Positions 1-12,718 of a stretch of 64,000 nucleotides of DNA are shown here, piece after piece. Below the pieces are notes generated by a model. The model made no database searches, had not been told where the DNA came from, and was given only the letters and a program-made list of their open reading frames with translations. Made by a program: the position numbers and the translations under genes. This DNA is from Scyliorhinus canicula (lineage: Eukaryota), in the NCBI RefSeq assembly GCF_902713615.1, contig NC_052163.1:84741721-84805720 (forward strand), given 5' to 3'. Each line of letters starts with the position of its first letter. Within the stretch, counting starts at the first letter, position 1.

Positions 1-398
1 GTCTAAATGTATTTACATTAACCCCTTGTGTATTTACAGTGATGCATATCACCACAACCCCCCTTTTATCGTGTTACATATTTTCTGTACAGTGTTAAAG
101 AAAATTGAACAAAAACAGTTAGATAATGAAATGAAATGAAATGAAATGAAATGAAAATAAGTGATACTATGTACAAGTTATGATGACTGTGATGACTATA
201 CAATAGTATCCAAGACCAAATAATAGTTGTGATGACTTTGAGGATAAGACAATACAAAATAAAAGTTATGAGTCCAATAGTTCATGAATTTATATGGTCT
301 GGTATGGAAGTATCAATGGTGATGTTGTCATTCCCTTGTGAACGCCATCAGTGTCCTGATGTTTGGTCATCAGGAGGTGTTCGAGTGTTCAAATCACT

Positions 399-2101
399 TC
401 ATTGACTGATTTGGAGTCTTTTTTTTCCTCGATGCTTATGGTAGCAATTCTTGATGGCATCTGTCCTGAAAGCTGGGTTGCCTGTTGGTAGTGTAGCGAA
501 CGTGAATTGGTAAGATGCACCGTCCTGCCATGGTATGTCATTGTACTGAGCTGAGCAGTAGCAGTGTCCTGCATTTGTAGAGTTGTACCATGTCATACCA
601 GTCGTAGTTCCATTGACGTTGTGTTGGTCGTGCTTGTTGTCGATGCTGTTGCCTTTGGTATGCTTCGTGTCGCTGTCTTTGATATGGTTTTCATAGGTTG
701 TGTTGTTGTATTGGTTGGTTTTGTTGTCGTGTTTGCTGCGCTCAAGGACCACACTCTGTGGATAATATGAGTCCTTCACACAGTTACCCGTGTCAGCATG
801 CTTTGTGGCATCTTCTATTTCCTTGAGCGTGCCGTCACTGAGTTTGTGGCGCTCCCCGTCTGGAGTCATGTCCGGCTTACTTGAATCAGCTTTGGCTTGT
901 GGATGCTCCCCGTCTGGAGTCTGGTCTGTTTCATCTGAGTCAGTTTTGGCTTGTCGATGCTCCCCGTCTGGAGCCCTTTCTGGTGCAACTGAATCAGCTT
1001 TGGTTTCTTGCCGCTCCCCGTCCGGAGTCATCTCAGGTTCACTTGAATCTTCTGAACTTTCATGATGCTCCCCGTCCGGAGTCAAAACATTCAGGAATGC
1101 ATTTGCTTGTGGAGAGGCTCGAGCGAATCAAGTTTGAAGTAACGTGGTGTCACCAAAGTCTCACTGTGATTGTCGAGTGTCTCTGTACACACTAGATGAG
1201 GTCTCTCACGTTGCACATCTGGTATGGGAAGTGGGATGCCGTCGTCACTTGTCTCACATACAGTGGGTAGAGCCTCAGTGTCTTCTTGCTTTGCACAAGA
1301 GCGTGGCAGACTGTCATAGTCTTCTTGCTGTGCACTTGAGCATGGCAGACTGTCATAGTCATTCTGTTGTTCACTTGAGCATGGCAGACTTGCATCGTCT
1401 TCTGCTGGTTGCTCAGAGGAGGTTGCTAGACCCTCATGGTCTTGTTCATGCGGGGACTGCGCTCTGGAGTCTTGCGTTCCTTCCATCGTGGAGTCTGTCC
1501 ACAAGCTCACTGTGGAGGCTTCTGTCACTCCCTCTGTGGAGTCTTGCAGCATTCCCTATGTGGAATCGTGCATTGGTCTTGCTGTGCAGTCTTTCATCGC
1601 TTTCTGTGTGGAGGCTGGGACCCTTCGTGGTGCGTGGACCACTCTCTGTGTGGAGTCGGGGACTCTTTGCGGTGCGTGGACCACTCTCTGTGTGGCAGGA
1701 AGCCGCTCTCTGTGGGCTTGTACCGCTCTCTGTCTCTTGGTGTCAGGCCGCAGCATAATCCCGCACTCACGAGTCGGGATGTCATATATGCTGGGCTGAA
1801 GATCCTCCAATCCGAAGAACTCGTCGTCGGGGTCTTCAATGTACAACACCTCTAGTTGCGGTTTGGATTTGGTACTGGGGTAGCCACCTCCCAAGGCGAA
1901 ATCATCGTCTGAGTCGTAGTCTTCCAAGACCATATCATCATGTTTTGTGTCGGAGCTGGCATTGGGCTCGCGATGTCCAAAGAAGAATTCAAGGTCTGAG
2001 TCATAGTCTTCAAGGACTGTATCATCTCTTTGGGCAGTGCTAACTGCTTGTTGCAGGGTTCTGCAGAGGTTACTTTCAGCTATTGGTAGAATTGCAGGCA
2101 T
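399..2101 (-). pseudogene. Disrupted long acidic, repetitive ORF of element A
   Basis: ORFs 1556-2101 and 1091-1552 are in one frame separated by a single TAG; frameshift into 399-1085; repeats VLEDYDSD, QQEDYDSLP and MTPDGE..SSEPE. Confidence 0.6.
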
Positions 2102-2479
2102 TGTGCTGTCGTTCCAGGTGAAAGAATCTGGTTTAGTGGCTTTAATTTTTTTTTTTGTGTTTTGGGACTTTCCCCTTTAAGTGGCCGTGATCCGGGGCCT
2201 CTGATGTCATGAACCGTGTGATGTAGGTCGTAGGAAGCGATTGCGCATGCACAGATCGCTGCTCCTTTACTTGGGGCCTCTTTCGCAATTGTGCATGCGC
2301 GGCTTCTCACGCATGCGCAAACTGACCTTCCCGTTCTGTGCGCTCTTTGCGCAACTGCGCATGTGCAGCTCCTTTTTCAAGATGGCTGCAAATCAAAAAT
2401 GCAGTTTGTTTCTGCAAGCCTACCTCGTGGTGAGTATTGGCGTCTCTTTTACCTTCTCTTCTTGTATCTCCCTTGCAGA

Positions 2480-2730
2480 ATTCTTGGAGTTTGTCCAGGA
2501 CTGCCTGGAAGTCGCTCTTGTTTTGCCCCTTTGTGTATTTGAAGGTCTGGAGGATTTCAGCTGCTCTTGGACCCGCGATGGTAAGTAGAAGCTTTATATT
2601 CTCTCCATCCGCCACGCCATCTAAGTCGGAATGCCAGGTAGATCTCGAATCTCTGCCTGAATGCACGCCAGTTTTCACTGAGATTGCCTTGGTACCTGAG
2701 CTGCTGTGGAACCGGAATCTCGAACATCAT
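2480..2730 (-). pseudogene. Gypsy gag N-terminal stub (frameshifted) in element A
   Basis: MMFEIPVPQQLRYQGNLSENWRAFRQRFEIYL then, after a frameshift, IKLLLTIAGPRAAEILQTF; resembles the N-terminus of Gypsy gag proteins. Confidence 0.7.
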
Positions 2731-3289
2731 CTTGCCTGGCTGCTGTTGCTGGTTGTCACTGTTTGCTGAGTTGTAACTATATGAATTTAAACAGGTCACT
2801 CCTGGGTACCATGTTTTGTTATGCTCTTGACTTAGCATAAGCTGCTTCCTTGATGTCCACCCTGACAAAGGAAGGTTCAGACTTGGAGATAGCTTTAACA
2901 CATTTATTAAACTGTTAACAATTCTCCTACTTGGATTCTACTCTTATGTTAATCCTGCTATAGCTACTCAGACTGACGAACCAATCTGCTACAATCCAGG
3001 TGGTGGGTGTGATATGTTTCAAATCAACCCTGTGTACTCACTGAGTGTCTCCACTGGAAAGAGGAAGATCATGTGTGCTGTGTCCTTATATATGGGTTGG
3101 TGTAATGCCCTCCTGTGGCAGTGTCACCTCTATGTGTGTCGTGAATGCCCATTGTTCGTGTCCTATCTCACTGGCCTATTGGTTGACTGTCTGTGTGTCA
3201 TGTCTCTGGTGCTCCCTCTAGTGTCTAGCTAGTCTAAGTGTATTTAGATTGACCCCTTGTGTATTTACAGTGATGCATATCACCACATC

Positions 3290-4503
3290 CTGTATATGGG
3301 TGTCCTGGGTGGTTGTGTCCTGTGTGTCAATGTCCTAGGTCAACTGGGACGGGGGCCTGTTGGTGTGGCTGTCCTCCCCGTCGCTGGGTGTGACCGTAGG
3401 GCGTCGCCGCAGTGGCACTGGATGGGGGCGTCGTATGCCTGATGGTCCGGGTCTATCCCTGTCTTGTGGGTGCCTTGGCACTGGGTGGGGGTGTATATGC
3501 CTGACGGTCCTGGTCTATCCCTGTCTTGTGGGCACCCTGGCACTGGGTGGGGGTGTATATGCCTGACGGCCCGGGTCTATCCCTGTCTTGTGGGCACCCT
3601 GGCACTGGGTGGGGGCGTATATGCCTGACGGCCCGGGTCTATCCCTGTCTTGTGGGCACCCTGGTACTGGGAGGGGGGGGGGGGCGTATATGCCTGACGG
3701 TCCGGGTCTATCCCTGTCTTGTGGGCACCCTGGCACTGGGGACGGGGGGGGGGGGGAGCGCTATTCAGGTGGACCCCCTCTGGCCCTCTCACGCTCCTGG
3801 TTGTTACGAGCGCGCTTCTCCTGTGGGGGGCGGAGGGGGGGGGGGGGGGGGGGGGGGTTGTGGGAGGTGACAGAGATAAAGGGCAACAGTGTTATGCGGA
3901 CATATACTTGCAGACCAGCGGTTGTGTGTATGATTTCAGAGGTTCACACCCCATTCTGCCAATGCAGCCTGCATGGATTGGTGCAGCCATGTCGGTTTCA
4001 GCTAGGGCTGTGCCGTCCATCCTGGGGGTTGGGGGGGGGGGGGGGGGACTCACACTGGCTGCCCTGACTAGGTCATTGACCTTATTCTGGTACTGGATGC
4101 TGTTACGGCCACGGCGCTGACGGCCTCTGCCACCTCCCTCCACAGGCACCGGCTGAGCTGTGGTGCGACCCTGCAGCCATGTCCGAGGTACAGGGCCTCC
4201 TTCCTCTGCTGCACTGCATCCAGGAGCGCCTCATTGTCCCGCTCCTGGAACCTCGGCGCTGCGCAGCCGGCGGCCATTTTGCTGGGTCTCCGGTGGTGGC
4301 GTCTTTGTGCTATGACGCCGCGCAGCATCAATGCGGCACGCGCGTCTGTGACAGGTGACGCCATTGCGATTGGGGTCACGCTGCTGCTAGCCCCTTCCTG
4401 GTCGGAGGTTTTGCTGACGTTCTGGGCGGCCCGACACCGGAGTGGTTCGCGCCGCTCTTGCCACCTACGTCGGGCCGTCCAACCAATTGCGGGAGAATCC
4501 CGG
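3290..4503 (-). mobile_element. Harbinger-like transposon relic carrying a Myb/SANT-like gene exon
   Basis: Exon about 4277-4054: MAAGCAAPRFQERDNEALLDAVQQRKEALY..LWREVAEAVSAVAVT / RNSIQYQNKVNDLVRAA, ending at a GTGAGT donor (4048-4053); terminus-like GGGAGAATCC near 4492. Confidence 0.65.
3415..3742. repeat. 62-bp tandem repeat, about 5 copies
   Basis: Unit GGCACTGGGTGGGGGTGTATATGCCTGACGGCCCGGGTCTATCCCTGTCTTGTGGGCACCCT recurring at about 62-bp spacing. Confidence 0.9.
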
Positions 4504-5353
4504 TCCTTAGTTTTGCGAGGTTGTTCCTCAAGGTTTCACTGATGAAACTCTTTAGCCGTGTTTCTCCGTTGGCTGATGCTGAAATTGCGAAACGCGATTG
4601 AGCGGAGAATAGGTTCTGATGCTAATATTGCGGCAGGCGCCTATATGATGCCAAATCACTATTCCCCATCACCTCGACAGAGGCATCAATGCGGTCCGGA
4701 ATGCACGTACAGTAGACACCGTTTGCATATCATTAGCAGGCCTGCCCTGGTATTCGCCGGGGCCTCCGCGATGCTCGGCCTCCAAGGGCTGAGTTTCCAA
4801 TAGCATGGTTCACTTGTGCTTTTAAAAATCGTGAAACTGCCATTGTGGAGAGAGAGGAGGGTTACGGCAAGTGTCCAACATTGCCATAGTTTGCTGACAG
4901 TTACGCCGCTGGCCGGGCAGCTTCTGCCAGGGCCGGGGGAGTAGCGGGAATGGCCAGGTGATGTAGTGATATGCATCACTGTATATACACAAGGGGTTAA
5001 GGTAAATACACTACAACTAAGTAACCACTAGATGAAGCACCAGAGATGTGTATATGTACATAGACAAACAGGAAGTAGCCTCTCTCTCTTCACAGGAATG
5101 GCAGCTGGTGAGCAGGACACAGACAGGCAGCTCATATGTAACATAGTCTAAGCACAGGAGAGAGAACAAACTCATAGAAATAAAGCATCTACTTCAACTG
5201 TAAGACTAAGAGCTTTATTCAGACACAAGGGATAATACATGGTACAAGGATCAGGTGACTTCAGAACACTTATTAGAAACGTTACACAAGATGCAGACAA
5301 AGCACGATCGAAAACAGAAGAAAACACAGACGTGGGGAGACTTCACTGAATCG

Positions 5354-5740
5354 ATGCAACTCGTTGGAACTCCACCACAGCTGAAAACAACCGGTAATTT
5401 AAGTCACAGATGGAAAATCTTTAAACAAACGTTCAAACAGTATATCGTAGCTAATGAGTTGCGCGCCGCCTCAGAAGAAATGAATATAGCACTTCTCCTA
5501 GCAGGACATGAAGTTCGAGAAATCTATAACTGCTTTAATTACTTGAAAGGTGAAGACAACACCAAATTAGAAGTAATGCTTAAAAAATGTGCAGATTACT
5601 GTAACACCAGTAACAATGCTCCTTTAAGACATTCAATGCTCAGAGACCAAATTGCACAGGGGATGAGTGATGCGAAACTCAACCAATCATCAGAACAGAA
5701 AGGTTTAATGCTGGAAATCGTGCTTGTCAAATGCAGATAG
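5354..5740 (+). pseudogene. Gypsy gag N-terminal stub in element B
   Basis: MQLVGTPPQLKTTGNLSHRWKIFKQTFKQYIVANELRAASEEMNIALLL, homologous to the element A stub. Confidence 0.7.
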
Positions 5741-6004
5741 CAAGAAAAAATAACTTTAAGTTTTTAATAAGAAAAAATGGCAAAAAGTTCTTTTCCACGG
5801 GTCTGAAGTAGTTAAAATGGTGTCTGAGCACATTTTAAACTCCCCAGGGAACAAATGACACAAATCTGGGTCTGCGAATGTGCAGGAAACAGGAACTGCA
5901 CATGCGCAATTGAAAAAAATACATTTTGGGCGCAAATCGTTCTGCGCATGTGCAAGCTGCGCATGCGCGGTTTGCGAAAAAGCACACAGTAAAGGAAAAG
6001 TGAT

Positions 6005-7000
6005 TTGCATGCACAATCGATTCCTACGCTTTATGTCATGAGCATCATGACGTCAGAGGCCCCGGCGAGTTTTAAAGCTACAAAATGCAGGTTTTTCACC
6101 TCGAAAGACAGAACAATGCCTGAACTTCTACCAACAGTTGAAAATAACCTCCGCAGCACCCTGGAGCAAGCAGTTTGCACCACCCAAAGTGAAGAGCGCA
6201 ATGTCAAATCCAAAACCAAAGAAGTTGATTTGTTTATCGAGGAATACAACTCAGACATGGCTGAGTTATTCGGATATGATGATCATAAAAGCATCAGCGC
6301 CACGGGTGAAAAGCTCAACACGACTCTACTCATGGTAGATGAATCCAATACCATGATGCAATGGCAGATCATCGATAGATTGGATGACAGCAACCTGTCA
6401 AATACCCAAGAAGAAAACAATGCCACACAGCGAGTACTGAACAACTCCGTTGGGAGAGCACAGATCGACTCCACAGAGAGAACACTGCACAAATCCACAC
6501 AGAGAGCAATGAAAGACTCCACAGAGAGCTCATTGACAGACTCCACAATGGAAGCAACTCAAGAGTCCATAGCAAAGTCCATGCATGGACAAGACCATGG
6601 TCTATCAACCTTATCTGAGCAACTAGCAGCAGACTATGAAAGTCTACCAAGCTCACGTGAACAACAAGAAGACTATGAAAGTCTACCCAGCTTATTTGAG
6701 CCACAAGAAGAAGACTATGAAAGTCTAACCAGCTTATTTGAGCCACCAGAAGAAGACTATGAAAGTCTACCCAGCTCATTTAACCAACAAGAAGACACTG
6801 AATGTCTACCCACTATATGTGAGACAAGTGACGAAGAAATCACAATTCCCAGACAAGATGTGCAAGATCACAGCGAGACTGACAGATCTCAGCTCGTATG
6901 TACAGAAGCACTCAACAATCAAAGTGAAACTACTCTTGAGTCCAGTGAGACCATGTCAATTAAAACCTCATCTACTCTAACCCATCCACAAGAAAATTAA
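6005..7000 (+). CDS. 331-aa acidic repetitive ORF of element B, function unknown; continues disrupted to about 7560 and at 11690-12470
   Basis: Open frame with (Q/E)EDYESLPS repeats; homologous to the element A ORF; expression not shown. Confidence 0.4.
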   Translation: MHAQSIPTLYVMSIMTSEAPASFKATKCRFFTSKDRTMPELLPTVENNLRSTLEQAVCTTQSEERNVKSKTKEVDLFIEEYNSDMAELFGYDDHKSISATGEKLNTTLLMVDESNTMMQWQIIDRLDDSNLSNTQEENNATQRVLNNSVGRAQIDSTERTLHKSTQRAMKDSTESSLTDSTMEATQESIAKSMHGQDHGLSTLSEQLAADYESLPSSREQQEDYESLPSLFEPQEEDYESLTSLFEPPEEDYESLPSSFNQQEDTECLPTICETSDEEITIPRQDVQDHSETDRSQLVCTEALNNQSETTLESSETMSIKTSSTLTHPQEN

Positions 7001-7562
7001 ATCTTTAAGATTTTGACTCCAGAAGAGGGGCATCAAGAAACCAAAGATGATTCAAGTGAACCTGAAATCACGCCAAAAGAGGAGCGCCACGAAATCAAAG
7101 ATGATTCAAGTGAACCTGATATGACTCCAAAAGAGGAGCACCAAGAAATCAATGATGATTAAGTGAACCAGAAATGACTCCAGAAGAGGAGCACCAAGGA
7201 ATAAAAGAGGAATCACATCAACCACAAATGACTGATGTCACCAAGATCAATCCAACATCAGATCATTCACACAATCCTCAAGAAGAAACGCTCAATGAAA
7301 CATCAAATACCACAAAGGATACTGGCACAAATAACTTTGAGAATGACTCAAATTATCCACACGGAACAGTCATTGAGCGCAACAAGAACAATAAAAACCA
7401 CAAGTACAACAGAAACAAGAACAACAACAGCATCAACAAGAAGCACAACAATAACAACAACAAAAACTACAAGCACAACAACAAAAACCACAAGCACAAC
7501 AACAAAAAGTACAAGAACAACAACAAAAACAACAAGAAGCATAACAAAGGCAACAGCAAAAA

Positions 7563-10500
7563 GAGACTTCCGGTGGCGGCGATGACGTAGGAAGCCGCAC
7601 ATTTGGGAGCTCCCGTTTTAAACAGACTTTTCGGCTCTTTTTAGAGCCCAAAACGGAAATTTTTCGACGTCTCCCGGGGGCAGAAGGTGTGCTGATCGAC
7701 TTTCCCCGCAGTCCATGACTCGAACTCGGAGTGGAAAGGGGGAAAAAACGGCAGAAGCTCCCCAGAAAAAACGGGGGAAGGAATCCAAGATGGCGGCCGG
7801 CGGAGCTCCAGAGGAGTGGAAGCAGTGGGCCCTGGAGCAACAAGCTGCTCTCCTGCGCTGTTTTGCAGACTTCAAGGCTGAGGTACTGAGCTCTCTGCAG
7901 GAAACGAACAAAAGGCTCTCGGAGATTCAAACGACCCAGGGTGCTGCCATTAAGAAGTTGCAGACGCAGGCCACTGAACGAGAGGAAGAGGCCGGGATCC
8001 TCGTGAGTAAGGTGGAGGGGCACGAGGCACTCCACAAGAAGTGGCAGGAACGCTTCGAGGAGCTTGATCACCGCATGAGGCGGAAATATCTGCGGATCTT
8101 GGGCCTTACGGAGGGGCTGGAGGGGTCGGACCTGACAACCTACGTGGCTACGATGCTGAACTCGCTAGTGGAGAGGGTTTATGGACCAGATGGGTGGGGT
8201 GGATCCATGGAGGTTTGTGAGGCCGAGGGCACACGAGTACTCTTTCTTCTTCCACATACATAGGGTCTACTCTCGGATAGGCTTCTCCGTGGTGAGCAGG
8301 GGACTGATTCCGAGAGTGGAGGAGGCCGAGTATTCGGCCATTGCAATCTCCGACCACGCTCAGCATTGGATAGAGTTGGAGATGGGGGAGGTGCGGGACC
8401 AGCGCCCGTTGTGGCGGTTGGATGTGGGGTTGTTGGCGGAGAAGGAGGTGTGTAGGAGGGTCCGGGCAAGTATTGAGGGGTACCTCGAGGCGAATGATAC
8501 GGGGGAGGTTCAGGTGGGGATGGTCTGGGAAGCCCTGAAGGCAGTGATTCGTGGGGAGCTGATATCCATCAGGGCACACAGGGAGAGGAGCGAGAGGAGT
8601 GAGAGGGATAGACTGGTGGGAAAGATGCTGGAGGTAGACAGGAGGTACGCAGAGGCACCAGAGGAGGGACTGTTGGGGGAGAGGCGCAGCCTGCAGGCTA
8701 AATTTGATTTGCTGACCACTAGAAAGGCGGAGGCACAGTGGAGGAAGGCACAAGGGGCAGTGCACGAACATGGTGAAAAGGCGAGTAGGATGCTGGCTCA
8801 TCAGCTCCGCAAGCGGGATGCGGCTAAGGAAATTGCTGGAGTGAGAGACAAGAGTGGGAATGTGGTGCGGAAGGGGGTAGAGGTGAATGAGGTCTTCAAG
8901 GATTTTTACGGGGAACTGTACCGGTCGGAGCCAACGGGGGAGAGGAGGGGAATGGAGAGGTTCCTTGACGGGCTTTCTTTCCCGAAGGTGCAGGAGGAGA
9001 AGGTGGAGGGGTTGGGTGCGCCGATTGAGCTGGAGGAGCTAGTTAAGGGGATCAGGCAGATGCAGTCAGGGAAGGCACCGGGGCCGGATGGGTTCCCGGT
9101 GGAATTTTATAAAAAGTTTGTGGACCTAGTGGGCCCCTTGCTGGTGCGGACACTTAATGAAGCGTGGGAAGGGGGGACTTTGCCCCCGACAATGTCGCGG
9201 GCGCTGATCTCGTTAATTTTAAAGAGGGACAAGGACCCCCAGCAGTGTGGTTCATACAGTCCCATATCTCTCCTCAACGTAGATGCCAAGGTGCTGGCAA
9301 AAATCCTGGCCACCAGGATAGAGGACTGTGTGCCAGGGGTTGTGCACGAGGACCAGACAGGTTTTGTGAAGGGAAGGCAGCTGAACACGAATGTGCGGAG
9401 ATTGTTGAATGTCATCATGATGCCGGCGATTGAGGGGGAGGCAGAGATAGTGGTGGCGCTGGATGCGGAGAAGGCCTTCGATAGAGTGGAGTGGGGGTAC
9501 TTATGGGAGGTGTTGGGGAGGTTTGGATTTGGTGAAGGGTTCATTAGATGGGTAAGGCTGCTATATGAGGCCCCGATGGCATGCGTGTCCACGAATGGGA
9601 GGAGGTTGCAGTACTTCCGGCTTTACTGAGGGACCAGGCAGGGTTGCCCCCTGTCCCCCTTGTTGTTTGCACTGGCAATCGAGCCGTTGGCAATGGCGTT
9701 GAGGAATTCAGAGAGGTGGAGAGGTTTGGTGCGAGGTGGGGAGGAACATAGGGTGTCGTTGTATGCCGATGACCTGTTACTGTATGTGGCGGACCCGGTG
9801 GGAGGGTTGCCGGGGGTGATGGAGCTGCTAGCTGTGTTTGGGACCTTTTCAGGTTATAAACTAAATTTAGGCAAGAGTGAGGTGTTTGTGGTTCACCCTG
9901 GAGACCAGGAGGAAGGAATTGGTAGGCTCCCGCTTAGGCGGGCAGGGGAGAGCTTTAGGTACCTGGGGGTGCAGGTGGTCAGGGACTGGGGGACTCTTCA
10001 CAAACATAATTTCACCAGGCTTGTAGATCAGATGGAGGAGGAGTTCAAGAGGTGGGACATGCTGCCATTGTCGTTGGCGGGGAGGGTGCAGTCCGTCAAA
10101 AACACGGTGCTTCCGAGGTTCTTGTTCCTCTTTCAGTGCCTGCCCATCTTTATCCCCAGGGCCTTCTTTAGGAGAGTGACTAGCAATATTTTGAGCTTTG
10201 TGTGGGCACATGGGACTCCGAGAGTGAAGAGGGTGTTCCTGGAGCGAGGGAGGGATAGAGGCGGGCTGGCACTGCCCAACCTTCTGGGGTACTATTGGGC
10301 GGCCAATGTGTCAATGGTGCGTAAATGGGTGATGGAGGGGGGAGGGGCGGCGTGGAAAAGAATGGAGATGGCGTCATGTAGAGGTACGAGCCTGGGTGCC
10401 ATGGTAACAGCGCCATTGCCGCTCTCCCCTAAGAGGTTTACCACGAGCCCGGTGGTGGCGGCGACCCTAAGAATCTGGGGACAGTGGAGACGGCATAGGG

Positions 10501-11685
10501 GGGAAACAGGGGGCTTGATGGAGGATCCATTGGGTGGCAATCATCAGTTCATCCCAGGGAACAGGGATGGGGGATTTAGGGGGTGGCAAAGGGTGGGCAT
10601 CAGTAAATTGAGGGACCTGTTTATTGGCGGGAGGTTTGCGGGCCTGGGGGAACTGGAAGATAAATTTGGGCTTCCCCAAGGGAACATGTTCAGATACTTG
10701 CAGGTAAAGGCGTTTGCTAGGCGACAGGTAGGGGAGTTCCCTTTGCTGCCCTCGCGGGGGACGATGAACAGAGTGCTTTCGGGGGTGTGGGTCAGAGAGG
10801 GGAAGGTGTCTGACATCTATAAGGTAATGCAGGAGGTGGAGGAGTCGTCAGTGGAGGAGCTGAAGGCTAAATGGGAGGAGGAACTCGGGGAGCAGATAGA
10901 GGACGGAACTTGGGCGGATGCCTTGGAGAGAGTCAACTCTTCCTCCTCATGTGCGAGGCTTAGTCTCATCCAATTTTAGGTGCTGCACCGGGCCCACATG
11001 TCCGGTACTGGGATGAGTAGGTTCTTTGGGGGTGAGGACAGGTGCACCAGATGTTCGGGGAATCCAGCGAACCACGCCCATATGTTCTGGGCATGCCCAG
11101 CACTGGAATAATTCTGGAAGGGGGTGGCGGGGGCGGTGTCGAGGGTGGTTGGATCCAGGGTCAAACCAGGGTGGGGACTCGCGATTTTTGGAGTTGCGGT
11201 AGAGCCGGGAGTGCAGGAGGCGAAAGAGGCCGGTGTCCTGGCCTTTTCATCCCTAGTAGCCCGACGAAGGATCCTGCTACAGTGGAAGGATGCGAGGCCC
11301 CCAAGTGTGGAGACCTGGATCAGTGACATGGCGGGATTTATAAAATTGGAAAGGGTTAAATTTGCCATGAGAGGATCAATACAAGGGTTCTATAAACGAT
11401 GGCAGCCTTTTCTGGACTTCCTGGCTCAAAGATAGGTATCTTGGTCAATAGCAGCAGCAACCCGGGGAGGGGGGGAGGGGGGGGTGTGTAAGGGGGGTGT
11501 TCCTTATTGTAGTTTCTATTATGTAACTTAATATTGTGTTAATTTGCGTTGTTGTTAAAATGCTGTGTTGTTCATGGAGGTGGGGCGAACGTTTATGATT
11601 GCTAATATTATTGTTATTTTTGGTATTTTATTATGGTTCGTTGTTGTTTAAATTCAAAATTTTTCATTAAAAATATTTTTTTTAA
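7563..11685 (+). mobile_element. L1-clade LINE, 5'-intact but internally deleted, nested in element B
   Basis: 5'UTR, ORF1 start 7715 (coiled coil, ELDHRMRRKYLRILGL); deletion near 8170 into the endonuclease (SRIGFSV, ISDHA); RT with KAPGPDG, QGCPLSP, YADD (about 9763); C-terminal CxxC..HMFWAC; in-frame TGA at 9627; candidate TSD AAAGGCAACA(G/A)CAAAAA. Confidence 0.93.
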
Positions 11686-12015
11686 AAAGGCAACAACAAA
11701 AACTACAAGCACGACAACGAAAACTACAAGAACAACACCAAAAACAACAAGAACAAGCATAACAAAGGCATCAACAGCAACAACAAGCACGACAAAAACA
11801 ACAAGAACAACAACGGAAACAACAAAGACAAATGGCAAATACAACAACAATGAAACAACAACTTGTACGACATGGCACAACTCTGCACATGAAGGACAAT
11901 GTAACAGCACAACTCAAAACAATGGCAAGAGTACAAACATACCATGGCATGACAATGAATCTCACAAATTCATATTTGCTCCACTACAAACAAGCAAACC
12001 AGCTTTCAAGGCAGT

Positions 12016-12470
12016 TGACATACAGAATCAATACCACAAACACAGAAAAAGTCCAGGTCAGACAACAAAGATGACATACAGAATCAATACCGCAAGCACA
12101 GAAAAATGTCCAGGTCAGACAACATAGATGACACACAGAATCAGTACCGCAAGCACAGAAAAAATGTCCAGGTAAGACAACAAAGATGACATAAAGAATC
12201 AATACCGCAAGCACGGAAAAATGTCCAGGTCAGACAACAAAGATGACATATAGAATCAATACCGCAAACACGGAAAAATGTCCAGGTCAGACAACAAAGA
12301 TGACATATAGAATCAATAACGCAAACATGGAAAAATGTCCAGGTCAGACAACAAAGATGACATATAGAATCAATACCGCAAACACGGACAAATGTCCAGG
12401 TAAGACAACAAAGATGACATATAGAATCAATACCACAAGCACAGAAAAAAAATGTCTAAATCAGACAACA
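12016..12470 (+). repeat. 57-bp (19-codon) tandem array, about 8 copies, in element B
   Basis: Unit TCCAGGTCAGACAACAAAGATGACATATAGAATCAATACCGCAAACACGGAAAAATG encoding CPGQTTKMTYRINTANTEK. Confidence 0.92.
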
Positions 12471-12718
12471 AAGTGATTCGACCATTCGAACACCTCATGA
12501 TGACTTCTTGGTTACTTAAACACAAGAACACTGATGACGTTCACAAAGAAATTACAACATCAACATCATCACTTCAACAACAGAAGAACAAAGCAACTCA
12601 ACGAAACAAATTCATTAAGTTTGGACTCATAAATTGTTTTATTAAGATTGGACTCATAAATATTAATTGGCTTTGTATAATCACCAATATCATCACAGCC
12701 TCTACATATCATCATTTA

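Larger units (their letters stand above)
1..3287 (-). mobile_element. Non-autonomous Gypsy-like LTR element A (5' LTR 2812-3287; 3' LTR cut by window edge, 1-56)
   Basis: TGTGGTGATATGC..AACA LTR; 1-56 matches the start of that LTR; polypurine tract AAAAGGGGGG just inside 56; PBS TGGTAC(C)CAGGAGTG at about 2797-2811 complementary to the tRNA-Leu(UAA) 3' end; no RT or integrase motifs seen. Confidence 0.88.
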
